A stretch of 64,000 bases of DNA from Candidatus Kerfeldbacteria bacterium (GCA_903825245.1 CAIJZX010000016.1:66100-130099); one strand, 5' to 3'. Positions 48,496 through 58,577 are shown, counted from the stretch's first letter. Notes: generated by a model not told the origin, from the sequence alone. Numbers and translations are program-made.

Positions 48496-49509
48496 TTACC
48501 GGGTAGCTAAAATACTGCGCTTGTAGGACTCTAAATTATCCAAGGCTATGCCGGTACCGCGCGCGACGCACAACAATGGCTCGTCCGCCACGTACGCCGG
48601 CACGCCGATGGCTTGCGCTAGTAATTTATCAATCATCCGCAATTGCGATGAACCGCCGCTTAAGACCATACCCTTATCCATCACGTCGGCTGAGAGTTCC
48701 GGCGGCGTATCCTGCAAGACGTTCTTTACCGCCTGTATAATACCGGCCAACTCATTTTGAATGGCTTCAGTAATATCATCAGACACAATCACCACCGTTT
48801 TCGGTAAACCGGAAATCATGTCGCGACCACGCACTTCCATGGATAACTTTTCTTCTAGCGGCAAGGCGCTGCCAATGCTTATCTTCACTTCTTCCGCCGA
48901 GCGTTCGCCAATAGCTAGTCCATACTTTTTTCGCACGTATTCCTGAATCGCATAATCCAATTTATTTCCGCCAATGCGAACGGAAGTGTTGACCACAATA
49001 CCGCCGAGAGAAATTACGGCAATTTCCGACGTGCCACCACCGATATCAATAATCATGTGCCCCGACGGCGAACCGATGGGAATGTTTGCGCCGATTGCCG
49101 CGGCGATCGGTTCCTTAATGATGTAGGCTGCCTTGGCTCCGGCCGCGAGCGTCGCGTCAATAACCGCGCGTCGTTCGGTTGAGGTAATGCCGCCCGGTAC
49201 GGCGATCATGACTTCTGGTCGAAAAAAACGAACACCACCGAGCGCCTTATTAATGAAGTATCGCAACATGGCTTCGGTAATCCGGTAATCGGCAATCACG
49301 CCGTCTTTCAACGGACGTGAAGCAACAATAGTATCCGGCGTACGGCCGATCATTTCTTTCGCCTCATCGCCGACTGCCAACACCTTTTTATCAATCAGCG
49401 ACATCGCCACCACCGACGGTTCGTTCAAGACAATACCGCGGCCCGGAAGATGGACCAATGTATATGTCGTACCCAGATCGATGCCGACGCGGCGAGTAAG
49501 AAAACTCAT
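48496..49509 (-). CDS. mreB: Second MreB/Mbl actin-like paralog
   Basis: GIDLGTT, EPIAAAIG, DIGGGTSE, LSGGSS. Confidence 0.92.
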   Translation of the reverse strand: MSFLTRRVGIDLGTTYTLVHLPGRGIVLNEPSVVAMSLIDKKVLAVGDEAKEMIGRTPDTIVASRPLKDGVIADYRITEAMLRYFINKALGGVRFFRPEVMIAVPGGITSTERRAVIDATLAAGAKAAYIIKEPIAAAIGANIPIGSPSGHMIIDIGGGTSEIAVISLGGIVVNTSVRIGGNKLDYAIQEYVRKKYGLAIGERSAEEVKISIGSALPLEEKLSMEVRGRDMISGLPKTVVIVSDDITEAIQNELAGIIQAVKNVLQDTPPELSADVMDKGMVLSGGSSQLRMIDKLLAQAIGVPAYVADEPLLCVARGTGIALDNLESYKRSILATR

Positions 49510-49521
49510 GTCGAACGATGA

Positions 49522-51498
49522 TTAGAAGTTAACTGAGATGGATCGATCTTGACTGAGCGAACCGGTAAACGAGAGTGCACCTTGACTGAATTTCGATTGA
49601 TTGTCAAGTCCGTCCGTTGATTTTGGTCGCGCCGATAATCCGGTCACCGACAGATTAATTGTGGGCGTTAACATCCCGGCTTCTTTTTGCCATGCTAACT
49701 TGTACGCGCTTTGTTTAAATTGTGCGGTTACGTTATCTGGCAATTTGTACACCAATTTCAAATCGGAAGTTGTTCCCGGCTCGATTGACTTGAAAGCCGA
49801 GAAGACCGTTTTTCCTAATTCCGTCGTCGTCGTCACCTGCCCAGCAGCGTTCGACTGTTGACGAATTTGCGCACCGGAACTACTAACGAGTGTCGAGCCG
49901 CTCGGAACGTAGACGCGAACAAACGTGTTATACCTCGTTATCAGATAACTTGTTCGCCAATCAAACTTGCCGGTGTTGTGGTAATGAATCGTCAAGGTCG
50001 CAGTTCCCGTTTTCGCGTCGACTTGATAATCGTACGTGCGTTGCATAACGCTATCAGTTTTTAAACTGGCTAAGTTCGCATCCGCGACCAAAATTGAATC
50101 AACGGCCGGTGTTTGGCTGATAGCTCCCCCCCAATTTTGCTGGACAATCAAACCCTGCAGTGCCGTATCGTTCATGTACATCAGGAATTGTTTTTCATTC
50201 AGCTGTTGGCTAAGTACCAGGAATACATCCTTCCATTGGGCAATTGGTAATTTCATTAATCGATCAACCAATTCCTTGGTCATATTGCCGATAATATCCT
50301 TGCGCTGAGCATCGGTTAACCCGGCGACTTTAAAATCCTTATCGACATACTGTTGTAAACGGTCGGTAAAGTTGTCGGCGGTAAATTGTATGCCACTAAC
50401 CGTGATCGGACCTACCAGTTTAAGCAGGGCACTAATCATCGTCGGGGTAATAGCAATCACGCCGTCAACATTTTTCTGTCCGCCTTCACGCTGGTAGAAG
50501 AATAGCGCCTGTGCCGCTGACGTCGGAAAATCAGGCGACCAGTTACTATCACGGAAATACCACACGTTTTGTTTTAGGTATTTCTGCAAGGCATCCGGCG
50601 GCTTGATGACTGATAAACTTTTGGCATTGTCGTCAAGATTGTAACTGTTATCGGTCTTCATGGATACGATTTCTCCCGACGCGACTTTCATGATGCCGTA
50701 GGTGCCAATGAATCCTCCACCCGGACGAATTTCCGTGTTATTTTCGAGTAAGAACAAATACGTCTTTTGCGTTGGATACCCGAGCACCGCTGGTAAAATG
50801 TGCGTGGCTGGAATTGCTTGGTCAAAGGCTTGAAGAATTGCCGGGAATTGCTGTTTGAACGGTACAATGACTTTTTTCAACGGACCGGCTAATCCCTTAC
50901 TCGGAACGTTGTCCAATTTTTTTCCGGCTTCGTGCATCGCGTCGCGCGCGGCTTGCAAATCCCCTTCTTGCGAAGCCATATTGCCAAGCAATATTCCTTT
51001 TTGCTCGGTGGAAATTGTGGCTAAGCTGATTTTCCCCTGACCGGCGAACGGTGCAAATAAATGCACCATGAAGTCAATTAACGGCGTGGCCGCATTAAGC
51101 GACTCTTTCCCGACGTCGACCAGCGCCACGCCGGCTTTGTACTGTGTGCCGATATATGGCCAGTATTGTAATCCCTTGGCTTGTTGCAAATGTTTACCGA
51201 TGACTGCGACATTATTCTGCAATGATTTTGTATCGGCTTTCGCTGCGTCAAAATTTTGTTCACTGACATGCGACGAAAGCAGTTTGGCTGTTACTTTCGC
51301 CTTCTGCGCCTCGTCGTACACAGGTTTCAGCTTCGGATAGTAATATCCGGCAATAATCAGGAACAAGCCTAATACGCCGCCAATGCCGATTGACGTCCAT
51401 TTCATCCACGGTCGCCAGCGACGACGCGAACTTTTCGGAGCTGAAGGATTCAGTCGGAGATTCGGTTTACGGAAGAAGCGTCGCCAAAAGGGAATCAT
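49522..51498 (-). CDS. DUF4012 domain membrane protein
   Basis: YLFLLENNTEIRPGGGFIG, RDSNWSPDFP, VDGVIAI. Confidence 0.85.
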   Translation of the reverse strand: MIPFWRRFFRKPNLRLNPSAPKSSRRRWRPWMKWTSIGIGGVLGLFLIIAGYYYPKLKPVYDEAQKAKVTAKLLSSHVSEQNFDAAKADTKSLQNNVAVIGKHLQQAKGLQYWPYIGTQYKAGVALVDVGKESLNAATPLIDFMVHLFAPFAGQGKISLATISTEQKGILLGNMASQEGDLQAARDAMHEAGKKLDNVPSKGLAGPLKKVIVPFKQQFPAILQAFDQAIPATHILPAVLGYPTQKTYLFLLENNTEIRPGGGFIGTYGIMKVASGEIVSMKTDNSYNLDDNAKSLSVIKPPDALQKYLKQNVWYFRDSNWSPDFPTSAAQALFFYQREGGQKNVDGVIAITPTMISALLKLVGPITVSGIQFTADNFTDRLQQYVDKDFKVAGLTDAQRKDIIGNMTKELVDRLMKLPIAQWKDVFLVLSQQLNEKQFLMYMNDTALQGLIVQQNWGGAISQTPAVDSILVADANLASLKTDSVMQRTYDYQVDAKTGTATLTIHYHNTGKFDWRTSYLITRYNTFVRVYVPSGSTLVSSSGAQIRQQSNAAGQVTTTTELGKTVFSAFKSIEPGTTSDLKLVYKLPDNVTAQFKQSAYKLAWQKEAGMLTPTINLSVTGLSARPKSTDGLDNQSKFSQGALSFTGSLSQDRSISVNF

Positions 51499-52304
51499 AA
51501 GCTATGGGGTGGGTTAGGTTGACCGCGATACTTGCGGAAGTATTTTACCCAACTTTTGACATGAAGTCGAGCCGGATAGGAGAAGAGAACACCAAATGCG
51601 CCGACAGAGGCCGATGGACGTTGATGATAATGCACCATTTCCGCCGTCGGCACATATTCCACCGACCACTCTTTCAGCCAAAAGCGCCGACATACGTCAG
51701 TATCCTCGACAAAGAGGAAGAAGTGTTCATCAAATCCACCCACCTCGTCGAGCGCCGACCGGCGCATAAATAGCGCCGCACCGAGTGCCCACCCAACCGG
51801 CCGTTGATCGGCATGATTCCATTCTTTCATCAAAAAACGATTGATTGCTTTCCGCGGACCGGGTAGGTTACCAAACGGCGTGCGCCGCCACAAGGCCATA
51901 AAAAAGTTCGGGAAACGGTAGACCGACAGTTGTGTCGTGCCATCAGGATTAATGAGTTTCGGCACGGCAATTCCCGCTCGCGGATGTTCGTCCATGAATC
52001 GATGCAATGCCACCAGTGCTTCAGGAAAAACCGCCACATCGGAATTGAGGGTCATGACATATCTTCCCGTCGCGATAGCAAAGCCCTTATTCATACCGGC
52101 GCCAAAACCGACATTGCTCGGCGATACGACCAGCCGCACGTGCGGAAAGTGCTGTTGCACGAGTTCGACACTGCCGTCTTGTGAATCATTATCAACGACG
52201 ATTATTTCATACTCAAATGGTAACGAACATTCGCTAATGCCGCGCAGACACTGCTTGAGCAAGCCTTTCGTTTTATAATTGACGATGACAATCGAAAGTT
52301 CCAT
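51495..52304 (-). CDS. GT2 glycosyltransferase
   Basis: SIVIVNY, VVDN.S.D, LNSD, GFDEHFFLFVEDTD. Confidence 0.9.
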   Translation of the reverse strand: MELSIVIVNYKTKGLLKQCLRGISECSLPFEYEIIVVDNDSQDGSVELVQQHFPHVRLVVSPSNVGFGAGMNKGFAIATGRYVMTLNSDVAVFPEALVALHRFMDEHPRAGIAVPKLINPDGTTQLSVYRFPNFFMALWRRTPFGNLPGPRKAINRFLMKEWNHADQRPVGWALGAALFMRRSALDEVGGFDEHFFLFVEDTDVCRRFWLKEWSVEYVPTAEMVHYHQRPSASVGAFGVLFSYPARLHVKSWVKYFRKYRGQPNPPHSL

Positions 52305-52318
52305 AGTTGTGTCTTGTT

Positions 52319-53350
52319 CTAGCTCTGTTCGCCGATAAACCAGCGTCGGACCTCAAGCGCCGAACGTTTGGCTTGGTGATTGATAACCTTTGCTTTGCGA
52401 CGCATTTTTGGCCATAACCGGATCGCATCCAGTATAGCATTGATACTTGGCTGGCGGGTAAAGGTTAGAAAAACGAATTTCTTCACCTCATACACCTTCA
52501 TCCATAACATATCACGCCACAATGTTGACCATCGTTCGTTCTTCATCAGTACCAAATAATGATTTCGATAGGAGTAGTAACTATTCAACCGCGTTCGACT
52601 GCGATGATTCTTCGCTATCAGTCGATCGCTCGTCGCGGAAACGCCTTTGATGCCGCGATAATGCCGCGCCACCGCTCGCGGATCGTACCAGGCATTCCAA
52701 CCCATACGTTGCAATCGCCAGCTCAAATCAAGGTCGTCTTTGTAGGCGAAGATGTCATTATCAAACACTTCATCAAGATACGTCACGCTTTCGAGTGCCG
52801 ATCGGCGATACATAACGCAAGCGCCGCTGAATCCGAATACTTTTCCCGCTGTGTCATACTGGCCATGATCTGTTTCCCCGCTTCCCCGGTCGGTCGTGTG
52901 ACGATTGCGGCGGACGAGCAATCCGCAACTGTCTATTATATCGGATGGCACTACATCTTTCATATCGTCGATGGTATACGAAAAACGTAACGTCTTGCCA
53001 CCAAACGAACTTGCGGTTGCATCATGTTTCAGAAATTCTAAACCGCGCTGAATCCAATTGTCGCCCAGAATAACATCCGGGTTGAGCACCAAAACAAATT
53101 CACTTGAAGTCAATCGCAGCGCTTGATTGTGGCTCCGGCAGTAATGCCAGTTTCGCGTATTTCGCAGGAGGTGAAATTGCGGATAGTGTTCGGCAATCCA
53201 CGGCACCGTTCCGTCAATCGATGCATTATCGACAATCATCACCTGCATCTCCGGCGTCAATTGTTTCGCCACCGCATCAAGGCAAGCCGCAATGTGCGTC
53301 ATGCTGTTCCAGGTAACGATGTGGATGGAAAGAGTAAACTTAGACGCCAT
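52319..53350 (-). CDS. GT2 glycosyltransferase
   Basis: IVTWN, IVDNASID, LNPD, FAYKDDLDL. Confidence 0.9.
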   Translation of the reverse strand: MASKFTLSIHIVTWNSMTHIAACLDAVAKQLTPEMQVMIVDNASIDGTVPWIAEHYPQFHLLRNTRNWHYCRSHNQALRLTSSEFVLVLNPDVILGDNWIQRGLEFLKHDATASSFGGKTLRFSYTIDDMKDVVPSDIIDSCGLLVRRNRHTTDRGSGETDHGQYDTAGKVFGFSGACVMYRRSALESVTYLDEVFDNDIFAYKDDLDLSWRLQRMGWNAWYDPRAVARHYRGIKGVSATSDRLIAKNHRSRTRLNSYYSYRNHYLVLMKNERWSTLWRDMLWMKVYEVKKFVFLTFTRQPSINAILDAIRLWPKMRRKAKVINHQAKRSALEVRRWFIGEQS

Positions 53351-54734
53351 AGGCAAAAATCGCGGTCAACATCAGCCAACCCAATCCAAGCGGATGATTG
53401 AGGTACGGCGTAGTCAAGTGAATGACTAGTAATGCAATACCGCCAATCATGAGCGGCAACGCCCAAGCTTTCGTTTTCATTTTTCGAAAGAGCGTGAACA
53501 GCCACCACACATACAGCACCATCCCGAGCAATCCGATCTTCAGCCACAGATCCAGATAACCGAGCTCGAAGGCAAATGTCGTGCGCCAGCCGTGAACAGT
53601 CGGATCGGTGCTGAAGTATGTAACGGTTTGGCCAAAGCCACTGCCGATAACCGGATGGCGGCCAATCGCTTTCAGTAACGGTTTGAATTGCTTCGTCCGA
53701 GCGGTCGCCGCATTTTCCGATCCGGAACCGTTGAATCGCGAACCGACCGCAGCGTCACTGCCGTGAAGAGAAAATGCCGGCCAGCTAATCGCCCAGACCA
53801 TCATCGCCCACGCAAATATTCCCAGCGGCACGACAATCCACCATTTTTTCAGTTCGCGCCATGAACGGCGACGTAAACTGATGACGATAAGCACGATTCC
53901 AGCCGCCGTTAAACCAAGCCAAAAACTTCTCGACAAACTGATGTACACCGCCAACGCCGAAAACGCCATCGGCACCAACCACCACCGCGGCGTACGCTGA
54001 CGTAGCCAAATGGCCAATGAACCGAGCACAACAAGCACGCCATAAATTTGGCTCTGCAAAAAAACCCGATAAATATTGTTATTGATGTACGTCACTTCAC
54101 CTAAACCACTGTTACGAATCCAAGAGTACCAATGATGAATGTTCGGCAATGTTCGGGCGAACAGCAACACGAATACCCAGCTCATAAGTCCAACAATTGT
54201 TGCTCCACCGAGCAAGACCGCGATGACCAGTTCTTTCCATCGTTCGTCTTGGCGAAGCAATACCCACCACGCCGGAAGCAATGCCAGAAACACAAACGCA
54301 TTCGCATCGCTGTAGATTGCACCGAGATGAATCCCGCGAACGAGCGCAACGACAATGGCAACAATTAACCAACCGATAAAAGCAAGAAAAGCATTCGAAA
54401 GAATACTTTTCCGTAATTCACTCCATTGCTTCAGCACCAAAGGAATCGCTGTAATCAGAACGATCGCAAATACTATCATCCGCAGTGAAATGTTCGTACT
54501 GCCAAGATGCAGTGACAATACATATCCTTTCCCGCCAGTCACTAGTTCACCGATCGACATCAATGCTAACCACGCCGGTCGTTTCCAAGCCACAACCGCA
54601 CTTGTCAAAATTGCCAGTATAGCAATCGATTGCGCCCAAACAAACCCATACGTACCAATCCACGACAAAATCAACAGCAACACTGCAACACCAATCACCA
54701 TACAATACTGTTTGAATGAAGGAAGTCGAATCAT
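53340..54734 (-). CDS. O-antigen ligase / Wzy-like membrane protein
   Basis: About 12 TMs, SLSRSFWLG, HPVIGSGFG, GLLG. Confidence 0.8.
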   Translation of the reverse strand: MIRLPSFKQYCMVIGVAVLLLILSWIGTYGFVWAQSIAILAILTSAVVAWKRPAWLALMSIGELVTGGKGYVLSLHLGSTNISLRMIVFAIVLITAIPLVLKQWSELRKSILSNAFLAFIGWLIVAIVVALVRGIHLGAIYSDANAFVFLALLPAWWVLLRQDERWKELVIAVLLGGATIVGLMSWVFVLLFARTLPNIHHWYSWIRNSGLGEVTYINNNIYRVFLQSQIYGVLVVLGSLAIWLRQRTPRWWLVPMAFSALAVYISLSRSFWLGLTAAGIVLIVISLRRRSWRELKKWWIVVPLGIFAWAMMVWAISWPAFSLHGSDAAVGSRFNGSGSENAATARTKQFKPLLKAIGRHPVIGSGFGQTVTYFSTDPTVHGWRTTFAFELGYLDLWLKIGLLGMVLYVWWLFTLFRKMKTKAWALPLMIGGIALLVIHLTTPYLNHPLGLGWLMLTAIFAYGV

Positions 54735-55591
54735 CGCGGTTTAAACAAACTCTGTATGATAGTTAGTACATAACTGATTGGCATTAACACATACAACACC
54801 GCGACTTCCCATGGTTGCCAATATTTTTTTGCATACCGTAATAAGCTTTTCAGTAGCCAGACGTGTTTTGCTAGGCTGACGTGTTGAATAAAGCTTTTTC
54901 CACCGTGATGAATAATCTGGGCAGTCGGGAGATAGACAATATCCTTGCCTGATTGTTGAATTCGACTGCAGAGATCAACTTCTTCAAACCAAATCCAGTA
55001 GCCTTCATCAAACGTGTTACCGGCGAGCAGAACACCACGCGGTATAAACAATGCCGCGCCCATCAATTGCTCAACAATTTTCGGCTCCTTGTCGGTCATC
55101 GGCACATCCGCCATGTACCGTTTCAACGGCGGAATAATTTTGTAGAGCATCCGCAGTTTCAATAGCACAAAGAACTGATCAGCGAGGCGCGGAAATCTTC
55201 GCACCGACGGTTGATGCGTTCGATCGCTATTCAACAACTCCGGTCCGATACAACCCGCTTTCGGATGCGTGGACGCATATTGTACCAGCGCCGGAAACGG
55301 ATCGTTGATAAACTCGGTATCCGGATTGAGGAAAAAGACATACTTGCCTGACGTTCGTTCCCAACCTTGATTATTCGCGCGCGCAAAACCGGCATTGGTG
55401 GCGTTAGCAATGACCGTAACGTTTGGAAATTTCTGGCGTACCATCTCGACCGTCTCGTCGGAGGAATGGTTATCTACCACAACAACCTCGTGCGGCGTCC
55501 GTACGAACCGTTCAATGGACTGTAGGCAATCGATCAGGAGATCGCGGACATTCCAACTGACAATGACGATACTGACCTCGGGATCAGACAT
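54731..55591 (-). CDS. GT2 glycosyltransferase
   Basis: SIVIVSWN, VVDN.S.D, NAGFARANN, LNPD, FEEVDLC. Confidence 0.9.
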   Translation of the reverse strand: MSDPEVSIVIVSWNVRDLLIDCLQSIERFVRTPHEVVVVDNHSSDETVEMVRQKFPNVTVIANATNAGFARANNQGWERTSGKYVFFLNPDTEFINDPFPALVQYASTHPKAGCIGPELLNSDRTHQPSVRRFPRLADQFFVLLKLRMLYKIIPPLKRYMADVPMTDKEPKIVEQLMGAALFIPRGVLLAGNTFDEGYWIWFEEVDLCSRIQQSGKDIVYLPTAQIIHHGGKSFIQHVSLAKHVWLLKSLLRYAKKYWQPWEVAVLYVLMPISYVLTIIQSLFKPR

Positions 55592-55633
55592 GCTGAAGCC
55601 ACTTTAGCACGCCATAAGCCTTTCGGCAAGTCA

Positions 55634-55755
55634 ACCCAGCACCACAATGGGGACGGCTATGGTCATCAAATTAGGAGATTTAAAAACAAAATACACATTT
55701 TTTGAAAAACACAAATTTTGCATTGTGGTGCTGGGTCAAGCTAGCACCACTATGG
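55634..55755. repeat. Three-copy inverted/direct repeat at the island edge
   Basis: acccagcaccacaatg (55634-55649), exact inverse cattgtggtgctgggt (55721-55736), third copy ctagcaccactatgg (55741-55755). Confidence 0.85.
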
Positions 55756-55802
55756 CTTAATTGAAATGACGTACTAACGATTCCCTTTTTGCTCGGTTAT
55801 GC

Positions 55803-57377
55803 TTATTCCAGCCGATCTTTAAAAAACTGCCTTAACTCAGGATCAACAATATATACATATGTTCCTTCAATTCCACGAGTCAAAAGAGTTTTATATATAT
55901 TGATTATATATCGCTCAAGTTCTTTTGGGTCATCTGTTCCACGCTTACCATTCATATCAAAATATTTTTCGACGTGTATTTCAAATTTTCGATATGTCTT
56001 GTTGTAACTAATCTCTGGGCCAATAATCACTCCGGCATAATTTAAATCGTAGCCCTGAACCGTATGAATACAACCCACTTCATTAATAGCGTTTTTAGAA
56101 TTAACCCAGTTTTGATTAACACTATTCCACTTTAATTGCACTCCATCAATTTCAATGTCATGCATACTTGGATCTTTTTTTGAAATCCAAGGCCAAGCAT
56201 ATCCGGAAATAACCCTGCATAACTCCATTTCTCTATCGCGATGCTTAATATCTGACACCATTTTCTCAATATTGTCGTAAATCTGAAAATCATATTTGGT
56301 AAACGTCTCGGGTTTAGCGTCAACAACGTCAAATATATTTTGAATAAAGCTTATGTACTTTTCACCTTCTTCCCCCGCTCCAACTCTCATTTGAGTATTC
56401 AGAGTATACTGCTTAGCTTTTAACCTAGGATAAATTTCGTGATTGATGTCGGATGGTCGAACATGTTGGCCTTTATCGTAAAACAGGATTTGTTGTTTTG
56501 AGGAGCGCAGAATCCAATCAAGTTCGTTGCCATTATTTCCTAACCCAAGTTTTTTATTAGTAATATCAAAACTGGCGTAATTGGTGATATTTTTTCTTTG
56601 ACGTAAACGATGTGCTTCGTCAATAAGCAATAAATCATATTTTTTGTTAACTACTTCGTTCGGCCCAATAACCATGTTCGATTTCAATCCAGTAACATTT
56701 TGGAATACTTTTTTTAGTGTTTGACGCAAAGACGTCATTGGCACTACTAATGCAATTTCAAGATTTTTTGTTTCTTGAATTTCCTTTAGCGATTTCATAA
56801 GAAAGGTCGCCAAAATAGTTTTTCCCGTGCCAGGGCCACCGTTGATGATAAAAGTCGATGATGTACCCATTCGGATTTCTTCGAGTAGTGAAGTAACAAT
56901 CTCTCTTTGATCGTCTGTAAGTGCTTTATACGGTGAATATTTAAATACGTCACTATTCTTTATTTGCACTAAATCTTTCTTTGCTAATGACATTTCTTGT
57001 AACTGAACCCATAGCCGTTCAAACTTAGCCTGGTACTTCTGGCGATCAAAATAATTATGGTTTAACAATCCCTGATTTCCATTCTGCAACGTAAAAAGTC
57101 CATCAGCAGCCATAAACTGTATAAGCGATGATTCTATATCAAGTGTTGCGGATTTATTGTATTCTTCATCGGTTATTATATGCATTCTGTCGAGCTTGCG
57201 ACGCTCGGGATTATCATAGTGTTGATTGCCTCGGTTGAACGCATTTACAGTTTCTCCGATGTAAATCTCTTTTTTATTTTCTAATATATAAACAACGGGC
57301 CAGTTGCGCCCGAAAGTATACGAACGAATTTTCTCGAATTGCTCCTTGCTGAAGGAAAATGTTTCTATCTGAGACAT
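55803..57377 (-). CDS. GIY-YIG nuclease fused to DUF2075 (Schlafen group-3-like) helicase/NTPase
   Basis: WPVVYIL...IYIGET...R..QH; GGPGTGKT; IDEAHRL; CRVISGYAWPW; VGCIHTVQGYDLNY; LLTRG; visibly AT-rich. Confidence 0.88.
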   Translation of the reverse strand: MSQIETFSFSKEQFEKIRSYTFGRNWPVVYILENKKEIYIGETVNAFNRGNQHYDNPERRKLDRMHIITDEEYNKSATLDIESSLIQFMAADGLFTLQNGNQGLLNHNYFDRQKYQAKFERLWVQLQEMSLAKKDLVQIKNSDVFKYSPYKALTDDQREIVTSLLEEIRMGTSSTFIINGGPGTGKTILATFLMKSLKEIQETKNLEIALVVPMTSLRQTLKKVFQNVTGLKSNMVIGPNEVVNKKYDLLLIDEAHRLRQRKNITNYASFDITNKKLGLGNNGNELDWILRSSKQQILFYDKGQHVRPSDINHEIYPRLKAKQYTLNTQMRVGAGEEGEKYISFIQNIFDVVDAKPETFTKYDFQIYDNIEKMVSDIKHRDREMELCRVISGYAWPWISKKDPSMHDIEIDGVQLKWNSVNQNWVNSKNAINEVGCIHTVQGYDLNYAGVIIGPEISYNKTYRKFEIHVEKYFDMNGKRGTDDPKELERYIINIYKTLLTRGIEGTYVYIVDPELRQFFKDRLE

Positions 57378-57382
57378 CAGGA

Positions 57383-57730
57383 TTACAGTTCGTTGTACTT
57401 TTTATCACTATCCTTCGCCTTCTCAATAGGATATTTCTTTGCGTTCAATTCCATTTTCTGTTTAAACGCCGATTTAATATCAATACCGAGGTCGTGGCTG
57501 AGGAGCAATACCCAATACAAAACATCACTTAGTTCCTCACCAAGATCTGTTTTATGTTCTTTTAGATATTTTTCTAAATGTTCGTTATTTTTCCACTGAA
57601 AATGTTCTAATACTTCGGTCGCCTCAAGTACTAAAGACAACGCCAAATCCTTCTCGTTATGAAACTGCTTCCAGTTCCGATCGTTTCGAAACTTGAGGAT
57701 AATATCGGTCAGTTCCTGAATATCAGTCAT
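57383..57730 (-). CDS. MazG-like nucleotide pyrophosphohydrolase
   Basis: FRNDRNWKQFHNEKDLA...EATEVLEHFQW...EELSDV...KM..NAKKYP; start MTDIQEL. Confidence 0.9.
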   Translation of the reverse strand: MTDIQELTDIILKFRNDRNWKQFHNEKDLALSLVLEATEVLEHFQWKNNEHLEKYLKEHKTDLGEELSDVLYWVLLLSHDLGIDIKSAFKQKMELNAKKYPIEKAKDSDKKYNEL

Positions 57731-57797
57731 ACTGCGTAAAGAACTCGTCGTTCTTTGCCCGTTTGGCATTGGTGAGATTGCTGTTAGCCATAAGGAA

Positions 57798-57826
57798 ATG
57801 GTACGCCTTTTTCGCTAAGAAATCAA
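57798..57826 (-). promoter_or_regulatory. Promoter of the mazG-DUF2075 operon
   Basis: TTGATT-N17-TACCAT on the minus strand. Confidence 0.6.
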
Positions 57827-57839
57827 TAAAAACTACTTA

Positions 57840-57868
57840 TTGACAAGCCGATGCTTTTGGTGTATCAT
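57840..57868 (+). promoter_or_regulatory. Consensus sigma70 promoter facing the NYN gene 3' end
   Basis: TTGACA(57840-45)-N17-TATCAT(57863-68); no plus-strand gene downstream. Confidence 0.75.
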
Positions 57869-57874
57869 TCCTCT

Positions 57875-57920
57875 ACTAAACGTAGGCCGGATATCTCGTA
57901 TGTCCGGCCGGTTTATTTGT
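57875..57920 (+). ncRNA. Putative ~45-nt small RNA (single-stranded 5' seed plus terminator hairpin)
   Basis: Predicted from the promoter above; hairpin ggccggatat-ctcgt-atgtccggcc then gtttattt. Confidence 0.45.
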
Positions 57921-58542
57921 GCTCAAATTTGAGTTCGTGTTCAAGACGAACGAAGTCTCGAAAATTTGATCCGGCGAACTGCTTAATCTCTCGTGCCGTA
58001 CGCGGCCCACGAGCGAGAACGATAACTTCTTTACCTTGCTGTTGAATGTGTTTCAAGACCGCTAAAAAATCGCCATCTCCGGAAAGCACAAGTACTCGAT
58101 CATAGTCGGGCAAATCGCGCATCATGGCGAAGGTCATGTCAACATCGCAATTCGCCTTTCGTTTTACCGAACCATCGTCTTGATGATAGGTCTTCACTGG
58201 TTTGAGCACGAGATGGTAACCAAACTGTTCAAGCAGTAAGTAAAACCGGACGCGCTGAAGGTGTTTGCCAGCAATCAGTAACTCAGCTTCATTCAAGTTT
58301 TTGCCTTGGCGCTTGATATTGTCGGCGAGATGACGTTCTAGGTCTTGTAACGGTACGGTCTCATAATGAAGATAGTCATTATGAAAGTTATTCGTTTCAA
58401 CGCCACCAAAGTAATAAACCCGCGTAACATCGTACTTCTTTCGTAAATATAGTAGGAGTTTTTTGTAATCGATTTTCCAGCCTAAACTTTTCTCTCCGCC
58501 ATAGAAGAGGTTTGAGGCATCAATATAGACGTAGGTTTTCAT
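57913..58542 (-). CDS. NYN domain (LabA/DUF88, PIN-like) putative ribonuclease
   Basis: YIDASN, KANCDVDM, LSGDGDF...GKEV acidic active-site motifs. Confidence 0.9.
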   Translation of the reverse strand: MKTYVYIDASNLFYGGEKSLGWKIDYKKLLLYLRKKYDVTRVYYFGGVETNNFHNDYLHYETVPLQDLERHLADNIKRQGKNLNEAELLIAGKHLQRVRFYLLLEQFGYHLVLKPVKTYHQDDGSVKRKANCDVDMTFAMMRDLPDYDRVLVLSGDGDFLAVLKHIQQQGKEVIVLARGPRTAREIKQFAGSNFRDFVRLEHELKFEHK

Positions 58543-58548
58543 GTTTTT

Positions 58549-58577
58549 ATGATACCCGAAGAAATACCGAATGTCAA
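58549..58577 (-). promoter_or_regulatory. NYN gene promoter (predicted leaderless mRNA)
   Basis: TTGACA-N17-TATCAT then 6 nt then ATG. Confidence 0.75.

Noticed and set aside
42433-49509. Two mreB genes as a recent duplication or novelty
   Set aside because: The copies are clearly diverged, and multiple MreB/Mbl paralogs are common
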